In this document: one piece after another, positions 35,767 through 45,700 of the stretch
Numbering within the stretch: position 1 is the stretch's first letter
Layout: each line of letters starts with the position of its first letter
DNA from: an uncultured Bacilli bacterium
Lineage (GTDB): Bacteria > Bacillota_I > Bacilli_A > RF39 > UBA660
Direction: 5' to 3'
NCBI GenBank assembly: GCA_947626595.1
Contig: CANQST010000004.1
Coordinates: 1-56,788, forward strand
Length of the DNA: 56,788 nt
Translations under genes and position numbers: made by a program
The notes under the pieces: model-generated
What the model was told of the DNA's origin: nothing
The model's database searches: none
What the model saw: the letters and a program-made list of their open reading frames with translations, nothing else

Positions 35767-36369
35767 TTAGAAATATATTAATTTTATTACTTTAGGTACG
35801 ATAAATACTTCTAAAATACTTGATAATAAGCTTATTCCTAAAGAAATTGTAAGTAATTTTAGATATCTTTTTACGATAAGCTTTCTATTATAATCTTTTT
35901 TTCTAAAGAAATAATTAAATAGCATAATAGAAAAGCTTAGTGAATAATACGCTAAAAAGAATGTTACTATTAAGTTTATTATCATGGGAATAGCATATAT
36001 AACTCCTAGTAATAGACCTTTTAATCCCATATTATAAATTATACTAGTAAAGGTAAAGGTAGATAAGAAACATTTAAAAATAAATATTAAAATAATAAAG
36101 ATAACTCCTATTAGTGATATTCCTAATAACCATATTAAAATATTAGTTAGAATATTACTATTTATGGTCTTTATTAAGGTAGTAGTATATTTAATATTAT
36201 TATTTTTAATAGCAATATAATAGTTATTTATATTATCTTTAATTATAGTTTTATTTTCATTATTTATAATAGTAATATAGAATACACCTAATATTAAAAA
36301 AATACTTCCTAGTATTAATAGAAAAGTAAGTAGTTTATTATTTTTTAATTTTTTAATCATAGTCTTCAC
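35767..36369 (-). CDS. spoIIM: Stage II sporulation protein M-like membrane protein
   Basis: The TM pattern and core ILTNILIWLLGISLIGVIFIILIFIFKCFLSTFTF...GLLLGVIYAIPMIINL resemble SpoIIM. The gene lies near xerD-deoB, as in B. subtilis. Confidence 0.65.
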   Translation of the reverse strand: MKTMIKKLKNNKLLTFLLILGSIFLILGVFYITIINNENKTIIKDNINNYYIAIKNNNIKYTTTLIKTINSNILTNILIWLLGISLIGVIFIILIFIFKCFLSTFTFTSIIYNMGLKGLLLGVIYAIPMIINLIVTFFLAYYSLSFSIMLFNYFFRKKDYNRKLIVKRYLKLLTISLGISLLSSILEVFIVPKVIKLIYF

Positions 36370-36465
36370 CTAGTAAAGAATATTATTTTTATAGTAATAA
36401 TATACTTTAAAGTGATTTACTTTTTATGACAAATAATTTATAATTATTAATAGAGGTGATACTTT

Positions 36466-36552
36466 TTGAGTGATAAAGTTATTAAGATAGTGTCAATTAT
36501 TATGGTAATTGCTATGCTAGTTGGCTTTTTAAGCGTATTAATATTTATTTAA
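36466..36552 (+). CDS. Possible 28-aa hydrophobic peptide
   Basis: My own translation is MSDKVIKIVSIIMVIAMLVGFLSVLIFI. The TTG start lies 6 nt after agaggtgat. A hairpin aaagaaagc-atgttattt-gctttcttt follows. Confidence 0.3.
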   Translation: MSDKVIKIVSIIMVIAMLVGFLSVLIFI

Positions 36553-36564
36553 AAAGAAAGCATG

Positions 36565-36873
36565 TTATTTGCTTTCTTTATTTATATAGCCTTCTATTTC
36601 TGGAAGAATATCATTTAAATTATTATCAAAATTGTATTTATTAACTATGTCATTTACTCTTTTAGTATCTTTAGCTAGATATAACATAAGTAAGCCTGCT
36701 ATACGATTGGCTGTATATTTATTTAGCTCTAGGATATCTTTTTTATTTATTTTATATTTTCTTTCTATATCTAGTATAGGTCCATAACTATATAAATAGT
36801 TAGTTAAAGAATTACTTATTTTATCTATATCTTTGTTTTTATCTGTTATATGTATTTTAGTCCATATTTTCAT
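36565..36873 (-). CDS. Hypothetical 102-aa protein
   Basis: The ATG at 36873 follows gggaagtgataagc. No family recognised. Confidence 0.45.
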   Translation of the reverse strand: MKIWTKIHITDKNKDIDKISNSLTNYLYSYGPILDIERKYKINKKDILELNKYTANRIAGLLMLYLAKDTKRVNDIVNKYNFDNNLNDILPEIEGYINKESK

Positions 36874-36937
36874 GCTTATCACTTCCCTATGGCTTTATAT
36901 AATAACATATTTTTAAAGAAAAAGAAAGTCTACTTTC

Positions 36938-37462
36938 TTATTTTAAATAGGGATTATTTTCCTTTTCATATTTTAGAGTTGTTTCTTCATTATGACCTGG
37001 ATATAAGGTTATATCTTCATTAAGAGTTAGTATTTTCTTTATACTTTCTTGCATTTCTATATCACTACCACCTGGTAAATCAGTTCTACCAATACTTTCT
37101 TTAAAGATAAAGTCACCATCAAACATAACGTTTTCTTCTTCAAAATAGAAGCTAACAGAGTCTTTAGAATGACCTGGGGTATATAGACATTGGAAAGTAA
37201 AACTACCTATTTTATATTCTTTTTCTTCTAGATTACTTCTTTTAAATATTTTAATGCTTCTTTTAGTAAGAAAGTTTCTTAAAGCTCCGATATGGTCAAA
37301 GTGGGAGTGAGTAATTAAAACTCCTAATACTTTAGCGTCCCCTATTTGTTCTTTTATTTTAGGAAAGTTATCTCCAGGGTCAACTACTAGGCACTCGTTA
37401 TTTTTGATTAAAACGTAACAGTTTTCATCTAAATAACCAGTTAAAATCTTTTTAATATTCAT
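36938..37462 (-). CDS. MBL-fold metallo-hydrolase (glyoxalase II-like)
   Basis: LITHSHFDHIGA (HxHxDH motif), TPGHSKDS and the C-terminal YPGHNEET. Confidence 0.85.
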   Translation of the reverse strand: MNIKKILTGYLDENCYVLIKNNECLVVDPGDNFPKIKEQIGDAKVLGVLITHSHFDHIGALRNFLTKRSIKIFKRSNLEEKEYKIGSFTFQCLYTPGHSKDSVSFYFEEENVMFDGDFIFKESIGRTDLPGGSDIEMQESIKKILTLNEDITLYPGHNEETTLKYEKENNPYLK

Positions 37463-37470
37463 ATCTTCAC

Positions 37471-38511
37471 CTACTTATATTTCTCTATTTTTTCTTTACT
37501 GATATAAATATAATTATAATTAGTATCTAGTTTAAATGTATAAACATAAGTGCCACTTACTAATTCACTTGGTACTTCAGCACTTTCATTACCAATATAT
37601 TTTACTTCTTCTGTTAGGGTTATATAATTACCATAGCTTTTAGCGTCTACTAGTTTTTTATCGGCTCTAAAAATAATTGCTGATTGTTCTTCACAGTAAC
37701 CTTTAACGTATTCTCCACGTTCTTTAATGTATTCATAACCACCTATGCAACTATTTCCTAGTTGAACATTGGCATTAGGAACATTTGCGTCTTCTCCAAA
37801 TAGTTTTTTTATAGCTAATTGCATTGTTTCTTCTTTAAAAGCCATAGGCATAAACTGAACTATATCAGGGCAAGTATAGGGTTCCATTGCGGATTTACTG
37901 AATAAGTTACAGTTAGAAGAATAAATCATATCTTGACCTATTTGTCTATAAGCTAGGTATAGTTTCATAGAATTATCTAGATTAACAGATGCTAGGTCTT
38001 CTTTTATATTTGTTTTTACTTTATTGTATAGGTCTTGAACTAAAGTAGAATTTAAATCAAGAGTTGTTTCTTCTTTATAACCAACTGGACTACATTCAAA
38101 TATTAATCTTTCAATATCGGCTTTATTTTTTTGAACTAAAAAGACAACTCCACCTATTAAAAATAATATTAAAATTATTAATAAAGGTAGTAAGTTAATT
38201 TTTTTCTTAGGTTTTTCTACTACTACTTCTTTTTCTTCTTGTTGTGGTATAATACCAATTTCTTGGTCACTTACTATTTGGTTAACAGGAACATCAACGC
38301 TTTTAGTAATTACTGGTTCTGGTCCTTTAGTAGTAGCATTAATATCAAGTGTTTGTGGTAAGGTACCAGGTTGAATGTTGGTATTTACTGCTCTATTTGC
38401 GGCAGGAGCATTATTTACTTGAGTATTAGTAGTGTTTACTGCTGTGGCATTATTAACGTTAGTTGCTGTGTTAGTATTAGTAGTATTTGTATTATTAACC
38501 CCATTATTCAT
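37471..38511 (-). CDS. Membrane-anchored protein with an N/T-rich low-complexity N-terminus, unknown function
   Basis: N/T/V-rich first ~100 aa, one TM helix (LLPLLIILILFLIGGVVFLV), then a ~210-aa extracytoplasmic domain. Confidence 0.5.
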   Translation of the reverse strand: MNNGVNNTNTTNTNTATNVNNATAVNTTNTQVNNAPAANRAVNTNIQPGTLPQTLDINATTKGPEPVITKSVDVPVNQIVSDQEIGIIPQQEEKEVVVEKPKKKINLLPLLIILILFLIGGVVFLVQKNKADIERLIFECSPVGYKEETTLDLNSTLVQDLYNKVKTNIKEDLASVNLDNSMKLYLAYRQIGQDMIYSSNCNLFSKSAMEPYTCPDIVQFMPMAFKEETMQLAIKKLFGEDANVPNANVQLGNSCIGGYEYIKERGEYVKGYCEEQSAIIFRADKKLVDAKSYGNYITLTEEVKYIGNESAEVPSELVSGTYVYTFKLDTNYNYIYISKEKIEKYK

Positions 38512-38593
38512 TTTTCTTCACCTATCCTACTATATAGATTTTAATATATTTTTTGATATTTTACAATAGAAAAAAAGTAAAAAGATGAGTGTT

Positions 38594-40402
38594 TTACTCT
38601 TCTTCTACTTGAAATTGGGAATTGTATAGATTGGCATAGAAACCATTTTTTGCTAAAAGCTCTTCATGGTTACCTTGCTCGATGATATCACCATCATTTA
38701 AAACTAGTATTAAATCGGCATTTTTAATGGTAGATAGACGATGGGCAATAATGAAGCTTGTTCTTCCTTCCATAAGTTTGTCCATAGCTTCTTGAATTAA
38801 AATCTCGGTTCTAGTATCGACACTACTTGTAGCTTCGTCTAATATTAGTATTTTAGGGTCAGCTAGTATTACTCTTGCGATAGTTAGAAGCTGCTTTTGA
38901 CCACCAGAGATGTTATCGGCTTCTTCATTTATCTGCATATTATAACCATCAGGTAGAGTTTTAATGAAGTGATCAACACTAGCTGTTTTACAAGCATTTC
39001 TGATTTCTTCTAGGGAAGCATCTAGTTTACCATATTTAATATTTTCTTCAATACTACCACTAAATAGCCATGTATCTTGTAGAACCATACCAAATAGTTT
39101 TCTTACTTCATGACGGTCATAGTCATTTAAGTTTTTGCCATCTATTAGAATTTTACCGTCATTTAGTTCATAGAAATGCATAAGTAATTTAACTATAGTT
39201 GTTTTACCAGCACCAGTTGGTCCTACAATAGCGATTTTTTGTCCTGGTTTTACTTTAGCTGAGAAGTCTTTAATGATAATTTTGTCTTCATTATAACCGA
39301 ATTTTACATGAGAAAATTCAATACTTCCTTTTATTTTATCGATATCTAATATCTTGTTAGATACATTTTGTTCTTCTTCGATTGCTAAAAAGTCAAATAC
39401 TCTTTCACTAGCGGCAATAGCTGATTGAATATTGGCCATTACTTGAGATAATTGGTTAATTTGTTGAGTAAAGTTTCTTACGTATTGGGTAAATGACTGA
39501 ATATCTCCAACTTTTATTTTATCTAAGATAACCATATAACCACCAAGTATTGATATAACAACATAGCCTAAGTTACCAATAAATTGCATTATAGGATGCA
39601 TGGCTGTACCAAAGAATTGACTACGCCAAGCACTTTGATATAAAACTCTATTTAATTCTTTAAATTTTTTAGTAGCTTCTTCTTCACCATTAAAAGCTTT
39701 AACTATATCATGACCACCATATATTTCTTCAACATGACCATTCATATGACCTAAGTAATTTTGTTGCATGACAAAGTATCTTTGACTTCTTTTAATTACT
39801 TTATTTAGAATAAACATACAAAATGGTATTATTAAAAGGGCTGTTATAGTCATAGGAATATTGATAGATATCATCATGATAAGTACTCCAATTATAGTCG
39901 CAATACCAGTAACAATGGATGTTACGGATTGATTTAGACATTGGGTTAATACATCAATATCGTTAGTTACAATTGATAAGACTTCTCCATGAGTTTTACT
40001 ATCAAAATATTTGAATGGTATTTTATGAATTTTTTCACTTAGTTCATTTCTTAATTTATAAGATATATCATTAGAAATACCAGTCATAATAATACCTTGA
40101 ATAGCTGAAAATAGTGAACTAATTACATAAAGTATTATTAGAATAAGAGTAGTATCTTTAATGTATGAGAAGTTTATTCCACCTGTATTAGTTAATTTTT
40201 TCATTAAACCATTAAATATCTCAGTCGTAATATTTCCCATTATTTTAGGTCCTATTATTAGGAAAACAGTTGATGCGATAGCAAATAGAATGACGAAGAA
40301 TAGTTTTAATTTATAATTTTTTAAGTAAGATAGTAAATTTATTAATGTTCCTTTAAAATCCTTAGCTTTTTCACTAGGAATATTTCTATTTCCTCTAGGC
40401 AT
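38594..40402 (-). CDS. ABC exporter, fused permease/ATPase (heterodimer partner B)
   Basis: Six-TM domain, Walker A GPTGAGKTT, signature ISGGQKQ and Walker B ILILDEATS. Confidence 0.9.
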   Translation of the reverse strand: MPRGNRNIPSEKAKDFKGTLINLLSYLKNYKLKLFFVILFAIASTVFLIIGPKIMGNITTEIFNGLMKKLTNTGGINFSYIKDTTLILIILYVISSLFSAIQGIIMTGISNDISYKLRNELSEKIHKIPFKYFDSKTHGEVLSIVTNDIDVLTQCLNQSVTSIVTGIATIIGVLIMMISINIPMTITALLIIPFCMFILNKVIKRSQRYFVMQQNYLGHMNGHVEEIYGGHDIVKAFNGEEEATKKFKELNRVLYQSAWRSQFFGTAMHPIMQFIGNLGYVVISILGGYMVILDKIKVGDIQSFTQYVRNFTQQINQLSQVMANIQSAIAASERVFDFLAIEEEQNVSNKILDIDKIKGSIEFSHVKFGYNEDKIIIKDFSAKVKPGQKIAIVGPTGAGKTTIVKLLMHFYELNDGKILIDGKNLNDYDRHEVRKLFGMVLQDTWLFSGSIEENIKYGKLDASLEEIRNACKTASVDHFIKTLPDGYNMQINEEADNISGGQKQLLTIARVILADPKILILDEATSSVDTRTEILIQEAMDKLMEGRTSFIIAHRLSTIKNADLILVLNDGDIIEQGNHEELLAKNGFYANLYNSQFQVEEE

Positions 40403-42557
40403 TTTCTAATTCCTCCTTACTTAGTTGCGATAAAGCAATTTCTTTATATACTTGGCAATTTTTAAGTAAATCTTTATGTTTACCAATACCTACTACTTCT
40501 CCTTCATGTAGGACAACTATTTTTTCAGCATGCATTATCGTTGATATTCTTTGAGCAACTATTAAGACGGTTTTATCTTTAGTAATGGTTGCGAGTTCTT
40601 TTCTTAGTTTAGCATCAGTTTTATAGTCAAGGGCAGAAAATGAGTCGTCAAATATGTAAATGTCAGGGTTTTTCGCAATGGCTCTAGCGATAGATAGTCG
40701 TTGTTTTTGACCACCACTTACGTTAGAACCTCCTTGGGCTATTTGATAATTTTCTTTATCTGGTAATTTTGAAACAAACTCACTACTTTGAGATATTTCT
40801 AGAGCTTGTTTTATATCTTTATCAGTAATATTTTCATTACCATAACGAACATTATCTTTAATGGAACCAGTAAATAGAATACCTTTTTGAGGAACAAAGC
40901 CAATCTTATCACGTAAAGTTTTAATATCAACGTCTTTTATATTAACGCCATCTACTAGTATTTCTCCTCCAGTTGTATCATAAAATCTAGGTATTAAGTT
41001 AATTAAAGTAGATTTACCACTTCCAGTTGAACCAATGAAGGCTGTAACTTCACCAGGATTAGCGGTTAAATTTACATCAGTTATAACGTCGTAGTTAGCA
41101 TCAGGATATCTAAATGATACATTTCTAAATTCAACGGTACCTTTCTTATCAGGATTAAATTCTTGAGGTGTTTTTGTATTAATAATAGTATTTTTAGTTT
41201 CAAGAACTTCTACTACTCTTTTAGCAGAAACATTAGCTCGTGGTAACATGATAGACATCATACTAATCATTAAGAATGACATAATTATTTGCATAGTATA
41301 TTGGATGTATGCCAAAATATCTCCTACTTGCATTGAACCATTATCAACGCCTTTAGCGCCACTATAGACGATGGCTAGGCAAACAAAGTTCATAACAAGC
41401 ATCATAATTGGCATCATAAAACTCATTGTTCTATTGATAAAGATATTTATCTTAGTTAAGTCTTTATTAGCTTTTTCAAAACGTTCTTCTTCATGTTTTT
41501 CATTAGAAAAAGCTCTAATTACTGGTAGACCAGTTAGTATTTCTCTAGTTACTAGGTTTAGTTTATCAATTAGCTTTTGAACTTTAGTAAATTTAGGCAT
41601 AGCAATAGCAAATAAAGCAATAACAATACCTAGAATAGCACAGACAGCTAGACCGATAATATAAGTCATAGAAGAGTTAGTATTAAGGGCTTTAAAGACA
41701 CCACCTACTCCGATAATTGGAGCATATATTACTACTCTAAATAAGAATACTATTACCATTTGAATTTGTTGAATATCGTTAGTTGTTCTAGTTATTAGAG
41801 ATGCTGCTCCAAAAGTTTTCATTTCATTCTTAGAAAAACCTACTACTTTTTTAAATACTTTTTCACGTAAATTTTTAGCAAGTCTCGCAGCCATTCTTGA
41901 ACCTATGAAAACAGTTGCTATACCAGATACCATACAAAGTAAGGCAATTAATATCATTATTAGGCCAACTTTTAAGATATAGTTTATTTGTATTTTATCA
42001 ACGTCAACATTTATTCTTTCATATTCTTCTTTGACAAAGTTAATAGCCATTTGGTCAATAATAGTATCAGGATATTTTTTAAATTCTTTATCTATTTGTT
42101 TTAAAATATTAGCTTTTTCTTCTGATGGAGCATTTTCTAAAACCATAAAAATGTCCATATTATCAGGTAAGTTAGTCATTTGTTTTAAGTTATCCTTGTC
42201 TTCAAAGAAGCTAACTAAAGTCATTGGTTTAGCAACTATCTTGTCTAATTTTTCATAGTCAACATCTTCTTTTAATTTATAAATAGTTTCATTTTTATAA
42301 GTAGATGTCTTTCTATAACTATTTAGTAAGTAATCTTTATCTTTTTCAGGTAAAAAGATACTTATTTTTTCTAGGGATTTCTCCCCTATTTGTTCCATAG
42401 CGGCATTTTCTATACCATTTTGACCTACTCCAACATTTATTATTTTAGAAGTATATTCTGGTAGAGTTAAGTCTAAATAAGCTTGAACAATTAATAGAAG
42501 TATTATTAATATAACTGATAAAACTTCATTTTTTAAATATTTAAATATTTTTAACAT
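40395..42557 (-). CDS. ABC exporter, fused permease/ATPase (partner A) with a ~150-aa insert after TM1
   Basis: Walker A GSTGSGKST, signature VSGGQKQR and Walker B IYIFDDSFS. It overlaps partner B by 8 nt. There is a long loop between TM1 (residues ~15-30) and TM2 (~195). Confidence 0.9.
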   Translation of the reverse strand: MLKIFKYLKNEVLSVILIILLLIVQAYLDLTLPEYTSKIINVGVGQNGIENAAMEQIGEKSLEKISIFLPEKDKDYLLNSYRKTSTYKNETIYKLKEDVDYEKLDKIVAKPMTLVSFFEDKDNLKQMTNLPDNMDIFMVLENAPSEEKANILKQIDKEFKKYPDTIIDQMAINFVKEEYERINVDVDKIQINYILKVGLIMILIALLCMVSGIATVFIGSRMAARLAKNLREKVFKKVVGFSKNEMKTFGAASLITRTTNDIQQIQMVIVFLFRVVIYAPIIGVGGVFKALNTNSSMTYIIGLAVCAILGIVIALFAIAMPKFTKVQKLIDKLNLVTREILTGLPVIRAFSNEKHEEERFEKANKDLTKINIFINRTMSFMMPIMMLVMNFVCLAIVYSGAKGVDNGSMQVGDILAYIQYTMQIIMSFLMISMMSIMLPRANVSAKRVVEVLETKNTIINTKTPQEFNPDKKGTVEFRNVSFRYPDANYDVITDVNLTANPGEVTAFIGSTGSGKSTLINLIPRFYDTTGGEILVDGVNIKDVDIKTLRDKIGFVPQKGILFTGSIKDNVRYGNENITDKDIKQALEISQSSEFVSKLPDKENYQIAQGGSNVSGGQKQRLSIARAIAKNPDIYIFDDSFSALDYKTDAKLRKELATITKDKTVLIVAQRISTIMHAEKIVVLHEGEVVGIGKHKDLLKNCQVYKEIALSQLSKEELENA

Positions 42558-42603
42558 AATTCTTCCTCCTTTTAATTATATGTTTCTTAAAGATAGCGAT
42601 ATT

Positions 42604-42628
42604 AAAAACTCGAAGAATTCGAGTTTTA
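42604..42628 (-). terminator. Terminator after tRNA-Glu
   Basis: aaaactcgaa-gaa-ttcgagtttt is a perfect 10-bp stem. T-runs are present on both strands. Confidence 0.65.
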
Positions 42629-42636
42629 TTTTAAAT

Positions 42637-42713
42637 TGGTAGTCTGTACGGGGTTCGAACCCGTGAATGCCACCTTGAGAGGGTGGTGTGTTAAGCCACT
42701 TCACCAACAGACC
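42637..42713 (-). tRNA. tRNA-Glu (anticodon CTC), CCA encoded
   Basis: The reverse complement GGTCTGTTGGTGAAGTGGCTTAACACACCACCCTCTCAAGGTGGCATTCACGGGTTCGAACCCCGTACAGACTACCA folds as a cloverleaf. The anticodon stem is CCACC/GGTGG with loop CTCTCAA. Confidence 0.85.
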
Positions 42714-42780
42714 ATAAGAGGTGTCTTTGTACTAGACATTTCTTATTTTACCACAATTATTGAGTAATTTCAACTAATAA

Positions 42781-45700
42781 TTACTTTTTCATGAAGACTT
42801 TACTGTCTTCTTTAGCAGTAATTATATTAATAAATTTCTTTAGAGATAATAACTCTTCTTTAGTAAGATTAATAATATTTTTACTAAAAAGATTATCTAG
42901 TATTTCTTTAGTACTAGGCTCTAGTAAAGATAAAGTAGCATTACTAGAAGTTAGATAGATATTTCTAATATTAGTTAGTTCTTCATTAGTAAAGGCTGTT
43001 TTTTCTTTTTCTTTCATAATCTTATTAGATATAGCAATACTTATCTTTTTATATTTAACTTTCTCTTCAGGAGTTAATCTATATTTAGCAATATCGTCTA
43101 AGTTCTTACCATTTCTTTTAAAGAAAAGTTCTTGATCTTCTTTAGAAAAAGTTTCAACTATTCTTAGTAAAGTATCTTTATCAACAGCAAATTTTAAAGT
43201 AGTAGCTTTTCTATTTAGGATAGAAGATATCTTAATAGATACTTTATGATAAGCTTGTTTTTCTTCTTTAGAAAGGCTACCTATAATATTTAAAGATCTA
43301 TCATACTTTTTATAGAATAAATTTCTTTCTTCTTCATTTAAATAGTTATCTACTATTTCAAGTACTTTCTCATTAGGAGCTTTAAATCTAGCTTTAGTAT
43401 CTTTTTTCTTCTTTTGAAGATTTAATTTTATAGAGATTTTTCTAGTTATTTTCGAATATAGTTCTTTTTCAAAAGAATTTAATGGCTCGCTACCTACTCT
43501 ATCTAAAGATTTACCTAGCTTTTTATAAATAATTTGTTGTTCTTGTTCATCTAGGGAAGAGATTATTTCTAATAAAGTAGCATTATCTGTCATAAATTTA
43601 GTTTTATTTTGAGGAGAAATATTTTTAATTTTAGAAATATATTCATTACTTATATAACCATTTTTATTTAGAAAGGCTAAGGCTTCATTATATAGAGAAA
43701 TTATTTCTTGTAAATGATTAGCAGAAGTATTTAAACTAATAGTTTTATTTTTTCTAATATTTGGAATATTAAACTTATCTATTAATATATTTTTATCTTT
43801 TCTATTAAAAAGCATGGCAACTTTCTTTTTATTATTATCAATATGTTTAGAAGATAATGATTTTTGAGATATATCATTTACTTTAAGAATTAATTCTTCA
43901 TTTAAAGAGTTAATATTATTAATAATACTTTCAAATAAAGGTAGTATTTCTTGATAAAGTCTTTTCTTTTCTTCTTCTTGTAATGATTTTAATATATAAG
44001 CATTTTTAGTTATATTGTAATGGGCTCTGATAAGAGCTTTATCAGTATTATTAAAGTATCTTAGAGCTTTATTAATAGTTGGTCTATCAAAGTCTAAAGT
44101 AGTTTTAGTATCATTTATCTTTTTAATTATTTCTTCATAGAAAGTTTCTTCTTCTTTAGTTAATCTATAAGGATAAATCTTAGTTAAGTCATTATTAAAT
44201 CTTTTATAGAAAATAATTTGTTCATTGATAGGAAGTTTTTTTACTTTATAAAGAAGTTCTTCATTATTAGAAAAAGGAGCCTTTTCTCTTGTTTCTTTTC
44301 TTATTGATAATATTATTTCTTCTTTTAGATGACTTTTTTCTTTAAGAGAAGATAGGGCTTCTAGAAATAATTTAATAATTTTTTGATAATGTCTTTTATC
44401 TTCTTCATTTATATTTTCTAGATTAATATAATTATTATAGTAATCATACTTAGTATTAATAAAGATAGCATCTTCTTTAGTAAAGAATGGTAATATTTCT
44501 TTCTTTAGATTTTTATATTTTTCTTTAGATAAATCTTTTTTAGATAAGTCATTTACTTTTACTTGTAACTCATTACTAAGAGTAGAATTATCTTTTAAAT
44601 ATTTAATAATCTTTTTACATAATAAGCTAAGTTCTTCTAGTCTTTTTACTTCTTCTTCAGTTAAGTTATTTAGACGAGTAATTTTTCTTTTAACAGCAAA
44701 CTTTTCTTTTAGAAGTTCTTTATCTTCATCATTAAAATAATCTAAGGCTTTATCTAAGATAGTTCTATTTTCATAGATTACTTCAATTAAAGGATGTTTT
44801 TCTTTTAATCTTTTTTCTCTTTGAATAGACATACTTATTTTTCTTGCGAGTTTTATATATATTTCTTGTTCTTCTTCAGATAATGGTTTATTAATATAAT
44901 TACCATTAAGATTTAAATTGTAATGACGATAGAATATTTTTTGTTCTTTTTTAGTAAAGGAAGAAATTATTTCTTCTAGATGTTCTTTAGGAATATTATA
45001 TGTCTTTTTTTGTTTAAGAGATAGATTTTTTATTTTACTTAAAGTAAGAGGAGATATTTCCTTCTTTTCTTGTTTTTCTTTTAAAGCAAGTTTTAATATA
45101 GGAATAAGCTTTTCTTTTAGTAATAAGTAATCTTCTTGTTGAAGAGGAGTATTATTATACTTTCGATACTTATAAAAATTCTTTAATATTCTAGTATTTT
45201 TACTATCAAAGTATTCTAAGACTTCTTCTACTTCTTTTCTTGCTGCTGGGGGTGTATGAAAAGAAGTTATTTTTTCATTTAGATTATTAATACGATCAAG
45301 TAATCTTTTATTTATAGAATATGTTATATTATGAAGTTCTGTTTTATTTAGAAAATCTTCTCCAAAACGCATCTTTATTAGATTAATATCAGATACTCTT
45401 ACATAGTTTAACATAAACTTTAACTCTTCTTTAGAAGAAGCTGTTGTTAAGTCTTGGAAAGAGGCTTTAGTAATATCTAAATTATAATTATTAGTATTTT
45501 CTATATTAAAAGCATAAGTTATTAGTTTTTGATAAGTATTATTACTAGATACATGAAGTAGTTCAGTTAAAGAATAAATATTTTCATTTCTCTTAGGAAA
45601 ATTGCTAAGTATATACTCTTGTTCTTGTTGGGTTAAATAAGTTAAGGCTTTAGTTAGACTTTCTTTAGAAATAATATTATTTTCTTTTCTTGTTTTTACT

